Counted from the stretch's first letter, positions 1 to 7,922 are shown. The stretch is 32,160 nucleotides of DNA from Promethearchaeota archaeon (GCA_048939565.1 JBHLPJ010000002.1:1-32160); one strand, 5' to 3'. The notes: generated by a model from the letters alone, not told the origin. Numbers and translations are program-made.

Positions 1-631
1 CTAGAAGTGCCCTCGTAAATATTCCCAAGGTCCCCTCGCTTCCAACAAACAGTTTTGTCAAATCATATCCTGATACAGCTTTCACACATTTTGACCCCGT
101 CCACATGACCTCACCTGTTGGCAGAACGACTTCCAATCCTTTGGTCCAGTCTCCAGTAACTCCATACTTAACCGCTCTCATGCCGCCGGCGTTTTCAGCT
201 ATCATTCCACCGATGGTGACCCAATCCTGACTTGATGGATCAGGAGGGAAAAATAGCCCCCTTTTTGAAAGCTCCTTGTCCAGATCCTTGTAGACAACGC
301 CAGGCTCGACCATTGCCTGAAAATTCTCCTCGTCAATCTCTAGGATCTTGTTCATTTTTGTAAAATCGAGTAGTATGCCGCCCATAATGGCAACTGGTCC
401 TCCGCTGAGACAGCTGCCGGCTCCTCGTGGAATTACCGGGATCTTGTTCTCATTAGCATGTTTCACAATCTGTACTACTTCTTCGGTTTTGTGAGGAAAT
501 ACTACGATTGATGGCCTTCCCTTGAGTGGAGTCGCATCTGAAGAATAGACCACCAGATCCGCTGGGTCTGAAAGGACGTTTTCCTCGCCAACCACACTAA
601 TAAGGTAATCTTCATTTACCTTGACAGTCAT
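1..631 (-). CDS. FAD-binding oxidoreductase, GlcD / D-lactate dehydrogenase-like (N-terminal part; the 3' end runs off the window)
   Basis: Not in the ORF track because no stop lies in the window. Hand translation from the ATG at 631-629 gives MTVKVNEDYLISVVGEENVLSDPADLVVYSSDATPLKGRPSIVVFPHKTEEVVQIVKHANENKIPVIPRGAGSCLSGGPV...EPGVVYKDLDKEL...FFPPDPSS...TIGGMIAENAGGMRAVKYGVTGDW. This is the typical PCMH-type FAD-binding domain (RGxG(T/S)...GG, PDPSS, GG..AENAGG). GGGGG lies just upstream of the ATG. Confidence 0.75.
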   Translation of the reverse strand, partial: MTVKVNEDYLISVVGEENVLSDPADLVVYSSDATPLKGRPSIVVFPHKTEEVVQIVKHANENKIPVIPRGAGSCLSGGPVAIMGGILLDFTKMNKILEIDEENFQAMVEPGVVYKDLDKELSKRGLFFPPDPSSQDWVTIGGMIAENAGGMRAVKYGVTGDWTKGLEVVLPTGEVMWTGSKCVKAVSGYDLTKLFVGSEGTLGIFTRALL

Positions 632-725
632 CCCCCTCACACCTACTTCCATGTTTAGGCTAGCATGACCCCTATATGTTAATGATAGTTAAGGCTTGTG
701 TTATTCGTCTTCACTACTCTACCGC

Positions 726-1373
726 CTATTTCAAAATCCTTCCTGTTTTCATGTACCAAAGATACAAGTCCAACTCACCAATTGGCAGATCAACTCTTTC
801 CGCCAAACGCTTCACTATCGATTCGATCTCCAAATACTTTCGTCCTGTAAGCGTTTTCGGGATGTAGTTAATCAGCCCGTATTCGTGCAAAATCCTCAAG
901 ACATGCCTATCCAAGATAGCTACATTCAGATAGCCAACATTTCGGAGGTAGTGGCTGACTTCCTTGTATCCAAGACCTTTGACATTCTTGACGAGCCACT
1001 CTCTCAAATCCTTCAGACCTCTTTCTTGGGGGCTTTTTTCGAAAATTCGAAGGATTATGCTTTTTATGTCTCTGATCTTTCTCGCTTCGACGATATATTC
1101 TGCTCTCCTGTTGGGGAATCTGTATCCACACTCCTTCAGTCTCTTTGTCAAAATGTGTCTTGGCAATGTGGAGAATTCCTGACCAATAACCCTTTGGATC
1201 TTTATGCCCATCTCTGCAGAGCAGTTTGCAGTTAACAAGCAGAAACAAAGTTCTGAGAACCAGCACTCATCATCTTGACCATGTAAGTCAATGAATTCTT
1301 CTATCCGTTTTTTGATTTCTTTTCCTGTCTTTGAGTCTTTCAGTTTCTTAACTTCATCTGCCAATCTTTCCAT
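726..1373 (-). CDS. ogg: N-glycosylase/DNA lyase, archaeal Ogg2-type 8-oxoguanine DNA glycosylase
   Basis: Near colinear with my memory of the Methanocaldococcus Ogg (MJ0724) sequence: ELCFCLLTAN, RRAEYIV, KGLGYKEVSHYLRNVGY..VAILDRHVLR (HhH-GPD), IPKTLTGRKYLEIE, LDLYLWYMKTGRILK at the C-terminus. Confidence 0.9.
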   Translation of the reverse strand: MERLADEVKKLKDSKTGKEIKKRIEEFIDLHGQDDECWFSELCFCLLTANCSAEMGIKIQRVIGQEFSTLPRHILTKRLKECGYRFPNRRAEYIVEARKIRDIKSIILRIFEKSPQERGLKDLREWLVKNVKGLGYKEVSHYLRNVGYLNVAILDRHVLRILHEYGLINYIPKTLTGRKYLEIESIVKRLAERVDLPIGELDLYLWYMKTGRILK

Positions 1374-1574
1374 GACTGTACCTAATTACACCATCTTTTA
1401 ATTCTTTCTCAGAGTTCCATGAGCAACTTCACTCGAGGAAAAGATGCCTAGGATTTTCTGAGTCTCTCTAGAAGCTTCTTTTTTCCTTTCGGTGGCAGAT
1501 CTCTTATCTCTTTCGAGGAGGACTAGTTCTTCTTCTCCTGTGGTTACTTGTATTTCCACAAGCTCCTCCAATGT

Positions 1575-1757
1575 CTACTCATATTCTTCTTTGAAGCCCT
1601 CTTCAGAAACACCTTCTTCAATTGGAGAGCGCTCTTCGGTTCTTGCCTTATTTAGAGTGGTGATTAACTTATCTCTCTCCTTGTGATCCATTTCTAGGAG
1701 TTGTTCTACCAAAGATTCTTGTCCAGCGTGAGGCAGACTTGGAAACTTGCCATCCAA
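1575..1757 (-). CDS. Hypothetical small acidic protein (TTG start), followed in frame after a single TAG by a second 57-codon ORF (1398-1571)
   Basis: ORF-track entry with charged, helix-like composition (LVEQLLEMDHKERDKLITTLNKARTEE...). No recognisable family and no ATG start. See the finding on the in-frame TAG. Confidence 0.25.
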   Translation of the reverse strand: MDGKFPSLPHAGQESLVEQLLEMDHKERDKLITTLNKARTEERSPIEEGVSEEGFKEEYE

Positions 1758-1834
1758 GTTTTACTAGCTCTTCAACCTCCGGAACCACTTCCTGGCCAAG
1801 AACCAATTCAAGCTCTATTAAATCTACCCTTCTA

Positions 1835-1890
1835 ACTTGTTTAGATAACTTGTTTAGATAAATTGTTTAGATAGAAAACTTGTCTAGATA
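1835..1890. repeat. Four direct copies of a 13-nt unit, consensus ACTTGTYTAGATA
   Basis: Copies read directly at 1835-1847, 1848-1860 and 1861-1873 (AATTGTTTAGATA), then a GAAA spacer, then 1878-1890 (ACTTGTCTAGATA). The array lies between the stop of the DUF457-like gene and the small minus-strand ORFs. Confidence 0.85.
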
Positions 1891-1908
1891 AAAAGAAGGG
1901 TAGGAATG

Positions 1909-2424
1909 TTACCATGGGATGACTATGATTCCTGTCCAAGGAATGATTCCTTCTGCCATGATTAAGAATATCCCTGCCCAAACAAGGCACATTACGCCCG
2001 ACCAGACAAGAAGTGGTTTTTCCCATTTCTCTGGAACTCCTCTTATATCCCCCGGCGTATATTCCTTGAAAACCCCTGCGACTCGTTTGAATATGGATGC
2101 ATTTGATGCAAATATGTCCAAAAGCAGGTGAGATGCATAGCCCAGAAAGAAGACAGCAAGAAATCGATAGGTAGTCGGATCAGGAACTATCAGAATATAG
2201 AATATGAAAAACAGAGTAGGAACTAAGCCACTGTGTGTTATGGGGCTTCTGTGATATTTCGCACCGAATCCTAGATCCAAATCTGGGAAGATTGAGCCAA
2301 ATACGCAGACGAACAGTGCTGGCCAGAACAGTACCTGAAAAAGCTGCAGAAATCGTTCTATCAGTAGATAGTAAAATGAAAAACCGATTACAGCCCAAAC
2401 GTGATGCTCGACCGATTGAACCAA
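1909..2424 (-). CDS. Membrane-bound metal-dependent hydrolase, DUF457/YdjM-like
   Basis: Polytopic hydrophobic protein with the motifs PDLD, HRSPITHS and YASHLLLD, typical of the DUF457 family. TTG start as given in the track. Confidence 0.65.
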   Translation of the reverse strand: MVQSVEHHVWAVIGFSFYYLLIERFLQLFQVLFWPALFVCVFGSIFPDLDLGFGAKYHRSPITHSGLVPTLFFIFYILIVPDPTTYRFLAVFFLGYASHLLLDIFASNASIFKRVAGVFKEYTPGDIRGVPEKWEKPLLVWSGVMCLVWAGIFLIMAEGIIPWTGIIVIPW

Positions 2425-2672
2425 TTCTATTCAACCTATTTATTTTATTAGTATAGCATGTTACTCATAAAATGTTGTAGCAATAATAAAAAACCTTCCT
2501 GCAAGAGGTTGGACCAGATTCTGTTTCACAATTGAACAGCTTCGTCCTTTGAGATCCAAGTTGTTTGCTAGCAAGCTGAAAATCTGCTAGTAGATGCCTC
2601 TCTTGCTCCAGTGTATCTCCCTGAGCCAAATTCGTTAATTTTTTATCCTTTGGTGCCAAAAATAAAGCAGAG

Positions 2673-3320
2673 TTGAAGCAATTATTTCTATGGGTGTTGA
2701 GAAACGTGCGTCTCAATTTAGCGGAGGGAGAATACTTAATTAGACTCGCAAGAAAGAGTATAGAAACATATTTGAGAACCGGAGAACGACTAAAGGCTCC
2801 TGAAGAAGCCTTCGAAGTACTTTATGAAAAACGCGGTGTGTTTGTCACTCTCCAAAGAATGCTTGAAGGCGAGAAGCGACTCAGAGGTTGTATAGGTTTT
2901 ATTGTTCCTCAATATTCGCTTATAGAAGCCACAATTCGCTCGGCTATAAGTGCAGCTGTCGATGATCCGAGATTTCCTCCTGTGGAATTCAATGAACTGA
3001 AAAAACTCGTAATTGAAGTAAGTGTTCTGACACCTGCCCAACTGGCAAAAGTAAATAACCCGCGAGAATACCCTTCCTCCATAAAGGTGGGTCGTGATGG
3101 TCTAATCGCAAAATTAGGATGGAAAACCGGAGTTCTGCTACCCCAAGTTGCGGTAGAATATGGTTGGGATGAGGAGCAATTCATAAAACAAACATGCATT
3201 AAGGCGTTTTTACCTCAAGATGCCTGGAAAGAGGATGAATTTGAGCTATATTCCTTTCAATCCCAGATTTTTGAGGAAAAATCTCCTAACGGAGAAGTCG
3301 AAGAGCGTAGCCTAACCTAG
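2673..3320 (+). CDS. AMMECR1 domain protein
   Basis: RGVFVTL...LRGCIGF core motif, DPRFPPV, LLPQVA. The true start is probably the internal TTG at 2697 or GTG at 2706 rather than TTG 2673. Confidence 0.85.
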   Translation: MKQLFLWVLRNVRLNLAEGEYLIRLARKSIETYLRTGERLKAPEEAFEVLYEKRGVFVTLQRMLEGEKRLRGCIGFIVPQYSLIEATIRSAISAAVDDPRFPPVEFNELKKLVIEVSVLTPAQLAKVNNPREYPSSIKVGRDGLIAKLGWKTGVLLPQVAVEYGWDEEQFIKQTCIKAFLPQDAWKEDEFELYSFQSQIFEEKSPNGEVEERSLT

Positions 3321-3417
3321 AGTAATTCTCCCAAAAAACAGTTGAAAAATCTTAAATATTAGTGGTAGATATTACTGTTTGCTTCGGGTCTCGTACACGA
3401 GAAAGAGGCGACCAAAA

Positions 3418-3744
3418 ATGAGTTTAATACTTGCCGTTCCTATTGCATTTGTGATTTGTCTGATAGTAGTTGGAATACTCTATCTTTTTGGTAGAAAAAT
3501 GGCCCCTCCAAGTAGAAAAAAGGGGGAAGCTGTGTTAACCTATGCTTGCGGTGAAGATATGGATCAAGAGAAAATCCAATTCAGAATTAACTGGCTATAC
3601 TATGCAATATATTTCGTTATCTTCGACATCATTGCTTTTACGCTTTCTCTATCCATTCAACTTGGGGTCTTTGAATCAGCACTAATGGCAGTAGCTTACT
3701 CCTTTATTTCCCTTGTAGCGATACTCGTACTCCTAAGACGATAG
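3418..3744 (+). CDS. NuoA(ND3)-like small membrane subunit of a group-4 hydrogenase / complex-I-like module
   Basis: Three predicted TM helices. The YACGED motif corresponds to YECG in NuoA, and YYAIYFVIFDIIAF corresponds to the NuoA A..F..FD.E motif. I prefer the ATG at 3418, preceded by AGAGG, over the track's TTG at 3379. Confidence 0.65.
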   Translation: MSLILAVPIAFVICLIVVGILYLFGRKMAPPSRKKGEAVLTYACGEDMDQEKIQFRINWLYYAIYFVIFDIIAFTLSLSIQLGVFESALMAVAYSFISLVAILVLLRR

Positions 3745-3757
3745 AGGTGAAAGAAGA

Positions 3758-4210
3758 ATGGGGTTACTTAAAAGATTGGTTGACTGGTCAAGGCGTAAAT
3801 CACCTTGGCTCCTCCACTTCAATGCTGGAAGCTGCAATTGCTGTGATATAGAAATCCTGGCTGCTCTGATGCCTCGATTCGACATAGAACGGTTTGGGGC
3901 TCTTCTTAAGGCCAGTCCGAGACATGCTGATGTACTCGTATGCACAGGACCTGTTACATTGCAGCAGGCAAAGCGTCTAAAAAGGATTTATGAGCAGACG
4001 CCAGATCCAAAGTTTGTAATGGTAGTAGGTACATGTGGAAGTACGGGTGGGGTCTTTAGAGGCTGTTATCATACTCATCAAGGAATTGATAATATTATTC
4101 CGGTTGATGTTTACGTTCCCGGCTGCCCTGCAAGACCTGAATCTATACTATTCGGGGCTGTAAGGTTACTTCAGAAATTGGAGGCAGTCCAAAAAGGTGA
4201 AAGTACATGA
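3758..4210 (+). CDS. Group-4 [NiFe]-hydrogenase small subunit / NuoB-like [4Fe-4S] subunit
   Basis: GSCNCCDIE, GTCGSTGG and VPGCPARPE cluster-ligand motifs, 150 aa. GAGGTGA Shine-Dalgarno sequence. Its stop overlaps the next start (ATGA). Confidence 0.9.
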   Translation: MGLLKRLVDWSRRKSPWLLHFNAGSCNCCDIEILAALMPRFDIERFGALLKASPRHADVLVCTGPVTLQQAKRLKRIYEQTPDPKFVMVVGTCGSTGGVFRGCYHTHQGIDNIIPVDVYVPGCPARPESILFGAVRLLQKLEAVQKGEST

Positions 4211-5940
4211 CTGTAGAAGCTGAGATTAGTGAAGAAGTATTGTTTAGGCAATTCCCTAAAGAGGGCGAGATAATACAATCGTTGCGTGAAGCACTAGGTG
4301 ATCGATTCATTGACAGTAAGATTGCACGAAAGCGTAGAGTCTATATCACAGTTGCTGAGGGAGCTCATCGCGAGGCGGCTAAAAAGCTTAAGGCAATGGG
4401 AGTATGGTATACTCCTGCCATTGTGGGATTAGATCAAAAAGAAAAATTCGAGGTTCTCTTCCAATTCTTTGACAAAGAAAGAAATCTACACATCGCAATA
4501 AGAGCTCCGGTTTCGAAGGATAATCCAGAGCTGGAAACAATAACGGACCTCTTTCCAGGGACTGTACTCTATGAACGAGAAGTACACGACATGTTTGGTA
4601 TTGTTTTCAAAAACCATCCCAACTTAGCTAAGTTTTTGCTGGCTGATATCTGGCCTGCAGACGAACATCCTCTAAGGAAGGATTGGCAGCCTACGGGCAG
4701 AAGAGTCAAGTCTCGAAGAAAAACATCTTTGGTCGCGGAAGGAGAATACCTTATTCAAGTTGGGCCTCAGATTCCAACGCTGAAAGAACCTATGAACTTC
4801 GAGGTTATTGCAGACGGAGAAGTTGTTGTTGACATAATTCCTCATCTAGAGTACAACCATCGTGGTATAGAAAAAGCCATGGAACAAAGAACCTTCACGC
4901 AAGGGATCTACCTCAGCGAGAGAGTCTGTGGCATTTGCAGCCAACCTCATGCATTCACCTACTGCAGCGCTGCCGAAAGATTGTTGGACGTTGAGGTCCC
5001 TCGGAGGGGACAATACCTCAGAACGATGGTTTATGAAATGAACAGAATACATAGCCATCTTCTATGGATTGGTGTTGCAGCTCACCTGATTGGTTGGGAT
5101 ACTCTATTCATGTATACGTGGCGGGACCGTGAGGTTATTCTAGATCTGACAGAACTAGTAACCGGGGGACGGTTGACAGGTGCAATAAACACCATTGGTG
5201 GAGCTAGAAGAGACATAAATGGCGATCAAATACAGAAACTTCGTAAAGGATTAAACATACTGGAAGAACGGACCAAAGCATATAAGAAAATCGCTCTAAA
5301 CGAGGACACTTTGATAAAGAGATGTCTAGGCGTAGGTATCATGAAGCCAGAATTGGCCAGGGATTATGCTGCGGTTGGGCCAACCATACGAGGATCTGGA
5401 ATCAAGGCCGATCTCCGTTGGGATGATCCAGAACATGGATGTTATGATGAGATTTCAGATGTGTTTGATCCCGTAACTTCCGATTTATGTGATGTCGCAG
5501 GAAGACTAATTGTTCGTGCAGATGAGACGTTGGAATCGGTAAACATGATTCGTTGGATTCTTGACCATTTGCCAAGCGGACCAGTCCGAAAAAGAGTACC
5601 CAGGAGAATTCCGAGAGCTGAATCTGTGGGAAGGACTGAAGCTCCTCGAGGCGAAGTGTATTATTACATGGTGTCTAATAACACGGATAAGCCAGAAAGG
5701 GTGAAAATAAAAACACCAACGATAGCGAATATTCCTGCATTTATCGAATCCACAAAAGGACTATACATCGCAGACTTTGTAATTAACTTTGGCAGTATCG
5801 ATCCCTGCATTGCATGTACTTGTAGGACAACAATTACCGACATAAGCCACCCCAACAAGCCAAAACATCGTGTTATGTCACATGAAGAATTAAGGCAGTA
5901 TGGGATTAAATGGTACGAAGAAAGGAAATGGAGGAAGTAA
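4207..5940 (+). CDS. Fused NuoC-like / [NiFe]-hydrogenase large subunit (NuoD-like, HycE-type architecture)
   Basis: The N-terminal ~170 aa form a NuoC-like domain (FPGTVLYEREVHDMFGI.F). The large-subunit domain keeps both Ni-Fe ligand motifs: RVCGICSQPH (4921-4950) and DPCIACTCR (5800-5826). A 37-aa C-terminal tail follows. Confidence 0.9.
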   Translation: MTVEAEISEEVLFRQFPKEGEIIQSLREALGDRFIDSKIARKRRVYITVAEGAHREAAKKLKAMGVWYTPAIVGLDQKEKFEVLFQFFDKERNLHIAIRAPVSKDNPELETITDLFPGTVLYEREVHDMFGIVFKNHPNLAKFLLADIWPADEHPLRKDWQPTGRRVKSRRKTSLVAEGEYLIQVGPQIPTLKEPMNFEVIADGEVVVDIIPHLEYNHRGIEKAMEQRTFTQGIYLSERVCGICSQPHAFTYCSAAERLLDVEVPRRGQYLRTMVYEMNRIHSHLLWIGVAAHLIGWDTLFMYTWRDREVILDLTELVTGGRLTGAINTIGGARRDINGDQIQKLRKGLNILEERTKAYKKIALNEDTLIKRCLGVGIMKPELARDYAAVGPTIRGSGIKADLRWDDPEHGCYDEISDVFDPVTSDLCDVAGRLIVRADETLESVNMIRWILDHLPSGPVRKRVPRRIPRAESVGRTEAPRGEVYYYMVSNNTDKPERVKIKTPTIANIPAFIESTKGLYIADFVINFGSIDPCIACTCRTTITDISHPNKPKHRVMSHEELRQYGIKWYEERKWRK

Positions 5941-5943
5941 GAC

Positions 5944-6990
5944 ATGGTTTTGGAAGCTATCCTCGACATACTTCAAATCTTGCTTTTCCCAGGAATATTC
6001 TTCTGTCTCGCTTTAGCACTCTTTTACTCGTGGATAGACAGGAAATATCATGCCGATCTTCAGAACCGAATGGGACCGACATATACCGGGTGGCGAGGGA
6101 TACTTCAGCCTTTTGCAGACTTCATAAAGCTCATGGCCAAAGAAGATATCACTCCGGCAGCAGCCGATAGGAGGAGTTTCGCTGCTGTACCAATTATCCT
6201 GCTGGCGGTTCCTCTCACTGCTCTTCTTCTGATACCGATTAGCAGCGCAGCCGGAATAATTAGCTTCCCTGGTGACATTGTATTTCTGATGTTCTTATCA
6301 ACCATAATTGCGATTCTTATCTTTCTTGGCGGATGGTTTTCAACGAATGTATTCAGTGACATTGGAGCTACAAGAGCTGTCCTGCAGCTGATTGGATATG
6401 AGATACCTTTTATGATAGCCGTGTTCTCTCCGGCTATTCTGGCTGGTTCACTTACACTTGCACAGGTTGTTCAGTATCAAGCTGCTAATGGCTGGATGCT
6501 TTTCCAATTCCCAGCTATATATAGGAGTATTCCGATGTGGATTGCCTTTGGCATCTATATGATAGCATTGATGGCCGAACTTGAGAAAATCCCTCTGGAC
6601 ATTCCGGAAGCTGAAACCGAAATCGTTGCTGGATGGCAAACTGAATACTCCGGTAAGAAGTTCGCATTCCTTGTTCTATCAAATGATCTTCACATGCTAT
6701 TCGGTGCAGGCTTAGCTGTAACGTTATTCTTGGGCGGACCTTTCGGGATCGAGAAGCTGCCAGGACTGGCCTGGTTGGATGCGTTTATTTCGGCAACACC
6801 TGTAGTCAGAGAAATCTGGTATACAATATGGTTTATACTAAAGACTGCAATAATTGTGCTGATAATTTCAAACATCAGGACTTTGTTTGCACGTTATAGG
6901 GTTGATCAGATGATTCGTGGCTCGTGGAAGTATCTGGCACCACTTGCCTTGGTTCAAGTAATGATAATTCAACTAGTAAGTCTAATTTAA
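5944..6990 (+). CDS. NuoH/HycD/EchB-like polytopic membrane subunit
   Basis: N-terminal DRKYHADLQNRMGPTYTGWRGILQPFADFIKLMAKED matches the NuoH family signature (RK..A..Q.R.GP...G..G.LQ..AD..KL..KE). About 8 hydrophobic segments. Confidence 0.9.
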   Translation: MVLEAILDILQILLFPGIFFCLALALFYSWIDRKYHADLQNRMGPTYTGWRGILQPFADFIKLMAKEDITPAAADRRSFAAVPIILLAVPLTALLLIPISSAAGIISFPGDIVFLMFLSTIIAILIFLGGWFSTNVFSDIGATRAVLQLIGYEIPFMIAVFSPAILAGSLTLAQVVQYQAANGWMLFQFPAIYRSIPMWIAFGIYMIALMAELEKIPLDIPEAETEIVAGWQTEYSGKKFAFLVLSNDLHMLFGAGLAVTLFLGGPFGIEKLPGLAWLDAFISATPVVREIWYTIWFILKTAIIVLIISNIRTLFARYRVDQMIRGSWKYLAPLALVQVMIIQLVSLI

Positions 6991-6994
6991 GAAG

Positions 6995-7387
6995 GTGATG
7001 TTATTGCCTTTCCCTGGAGCTATGCAAGGTGAACTGTTGAAGCATCTTACTAAGAAGAGAGCAACTGTGCTTTATCCGTTTGAGAAGTTGGAGCTGGCTG
7101 AAGCGTATAGGGGTCGATGGTCTCATAACATGGCCAAATGTACTGGTTGTGGTCTTTGTGCAAAAGACTGTCCGAGCGAAGCCATACAGCTGGTTCAGAC
7201 CGATATAACTCCTGGTGGCAGGTATCCTGTCTGCTATTTGAGTCGATGTATGTTCTGTGCTCAATGTGAAGATACTTGCCCGACAGGTGCTATCCAACTC
7301 ACAAATGAATATGAGCTTGCTGATTATCAGAAGAGAATCATCGACAGCGCCGAACCTGAAGGATTTAGATACGAAGAAAGTAAATAA
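6995..7387 (+). CDS. NuoI/HycF/EchF-like 2x[4Fe-4S] ferredoxin subunit
   Basis: Two cluster motifs, CTGCGLCAKDCP and CMFCAQCEDTCP. GAAGGTGA RBS; the start is GTG 6995 or ATG 6998. Confidence 0.85.
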   Translation: MMLLPFPGAMQGELLKHLTKKRATVLYPFEKLELAEAYRGRWSHNMAKCTGCGLCAKDCPSEAIQLVQTDITPGGRYPVCYLSRCMFCAQCEDTCPTGAIQLTNEYELADYQKRIIDSAEPEGFRYEESK

Positions 7388-7512
7388 ATTAATTATTTCC
7401 TTATTTATTCTTATATTCGTCTCACATTTATCCATATCTTTTCAGTATTCTTTCTGTTAAGTAAATAAAACAAGATTATTGATTCCTACCTATTCTTTTT
7501 TGTTTTCAGAAA

Positions 7513-7539
7513 GATTTAAAAGAAACAAGCATAAATACT
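7513..7539 (+). promoter_or_regulatory. Candidate BRE/TATA region for the histone gene
   Basis: A/T-rich TATA-like elements GATTTAAAAG (7513-7522) and CATAAATACT (7530-7539), 40-70 nt upstream of ATG 7581 and upstream of the GGAGG RBS at 7568-7572. Judged by eye only. Confidence 0.3.
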
Positions 7540-7580
7540 AAGTGCAAATGGTTTAGTATATTAAATCGGAGGATAAAAAA

Positions 7581-7802
7581 ATGGCTACAAAGTTAACGAA
7601 TGCTCGTGTCGAGAGAATAATGAGGGAGACAGGGAAGAAGGAAGGAATTCCTCGTGTTTCAGCGGATGCAGTTGTTTCGATGAATGATGCTGCGACCAAA
7701 TTCATTCGTAGCATCTGTGCAGTTGCAGCTGGTCTGGCAAAGAAGGATAGACGTAAGACCGTCTTACCGCGAGACATCGATCAAGCTGTAAAACAAGCAT
7801 AA
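7581..7802 (+). CDS. Archaeal histone (HMf / CBF-NF-Y histone-fold family)
   Basis: 73 aa with a histone-fold pattern: L..ARVERIMRE.G...RVSADAV......A..FI......A...A....RKTVLPRDIDQAVK. The RKT...DI..AV signature matches HMfB-type histones. Confidence 0.85.
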   Translation: MATKLTNARVERIMRETGKKEGIPRVSADAVVSMNDAATKFIRSICAVAAGLAKKDRRKTVLPRDIDQAVKQA

Positions 7803-7819
7803 AACTCCCTTCTTCATTA

Positions 7820-7840
7820 TTTTTTTGGGGTACTTTTTTT
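7820..7840 (+). terminator. Two T7 tracts immediately downstream of the histone gene (archaeal oligo-T terminator)
   Basis: T7 at 7820-7826 and T7 at 7834-7840, within 40 nt of the stop at 7802. Confidence 0.5.
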
Positions 7841-7898
7841 GGATCTCATATAGCTGAACCTAGGCTCTCTTACAAAAACCAATTTTGCGATTTATACG

Positions 7899-7922
7899 AA
7901 AAACCGAGTATTTTCGGTTTTT
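7899..7922 (+). terminator. Perfect 9-bp stem hairpin with a T-rich 3' side
   Basis: AAAAACCGA (7899-7907), loop GTATTT, TCGGTTTTT (7914-7922), followed by TT. Lies in the intergenic region between the histone and the Rab-like GTPase gene. Its role (terminator, or RNA or protein-binding element) is unknown. Confidence 0.3.

Noticed and set aside
1835-1890. The direct repeats, considered as a CRISPR array or mini-array.
   Set aside because: The units are only 13 nt and contiguous, with no spacers, and there are no cas genes in the window.
2465-2716. An 83-aa minus-strand ORF between the DUF457-like gene and AMMECR1. An internal TTG at about 2658 would give a 64-aa product.
   Set aside because: The annotated start overlaps the AMMECR1 5' end. 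There is no recognisable motif and no ATG or RBS. A real small protein co-transcribed with the DUF457-like gene cannot be excluded, but the sequence gives no positive support.
4207-5940. Interpreting the Nuo-like operon as a fragment of a respiratory complex I or Fpo complex.
   Set aside because: The NuoD-like domain retains both CxxC Ni-Fe ligand pairs, which are lost in true NuoD/FpoD. No NuoJ/K/L/M/N, quinone or methanophenazine-associated subunits are present.
5910-6170. An 86-aa plus-strand ORF overlapping the hydrogenase large-subunit end and the nuoH-like start.
   Set aside because: It is out of frame with two strongly supported genes and has an Arg/Ser-rich, non-protein-like composition.
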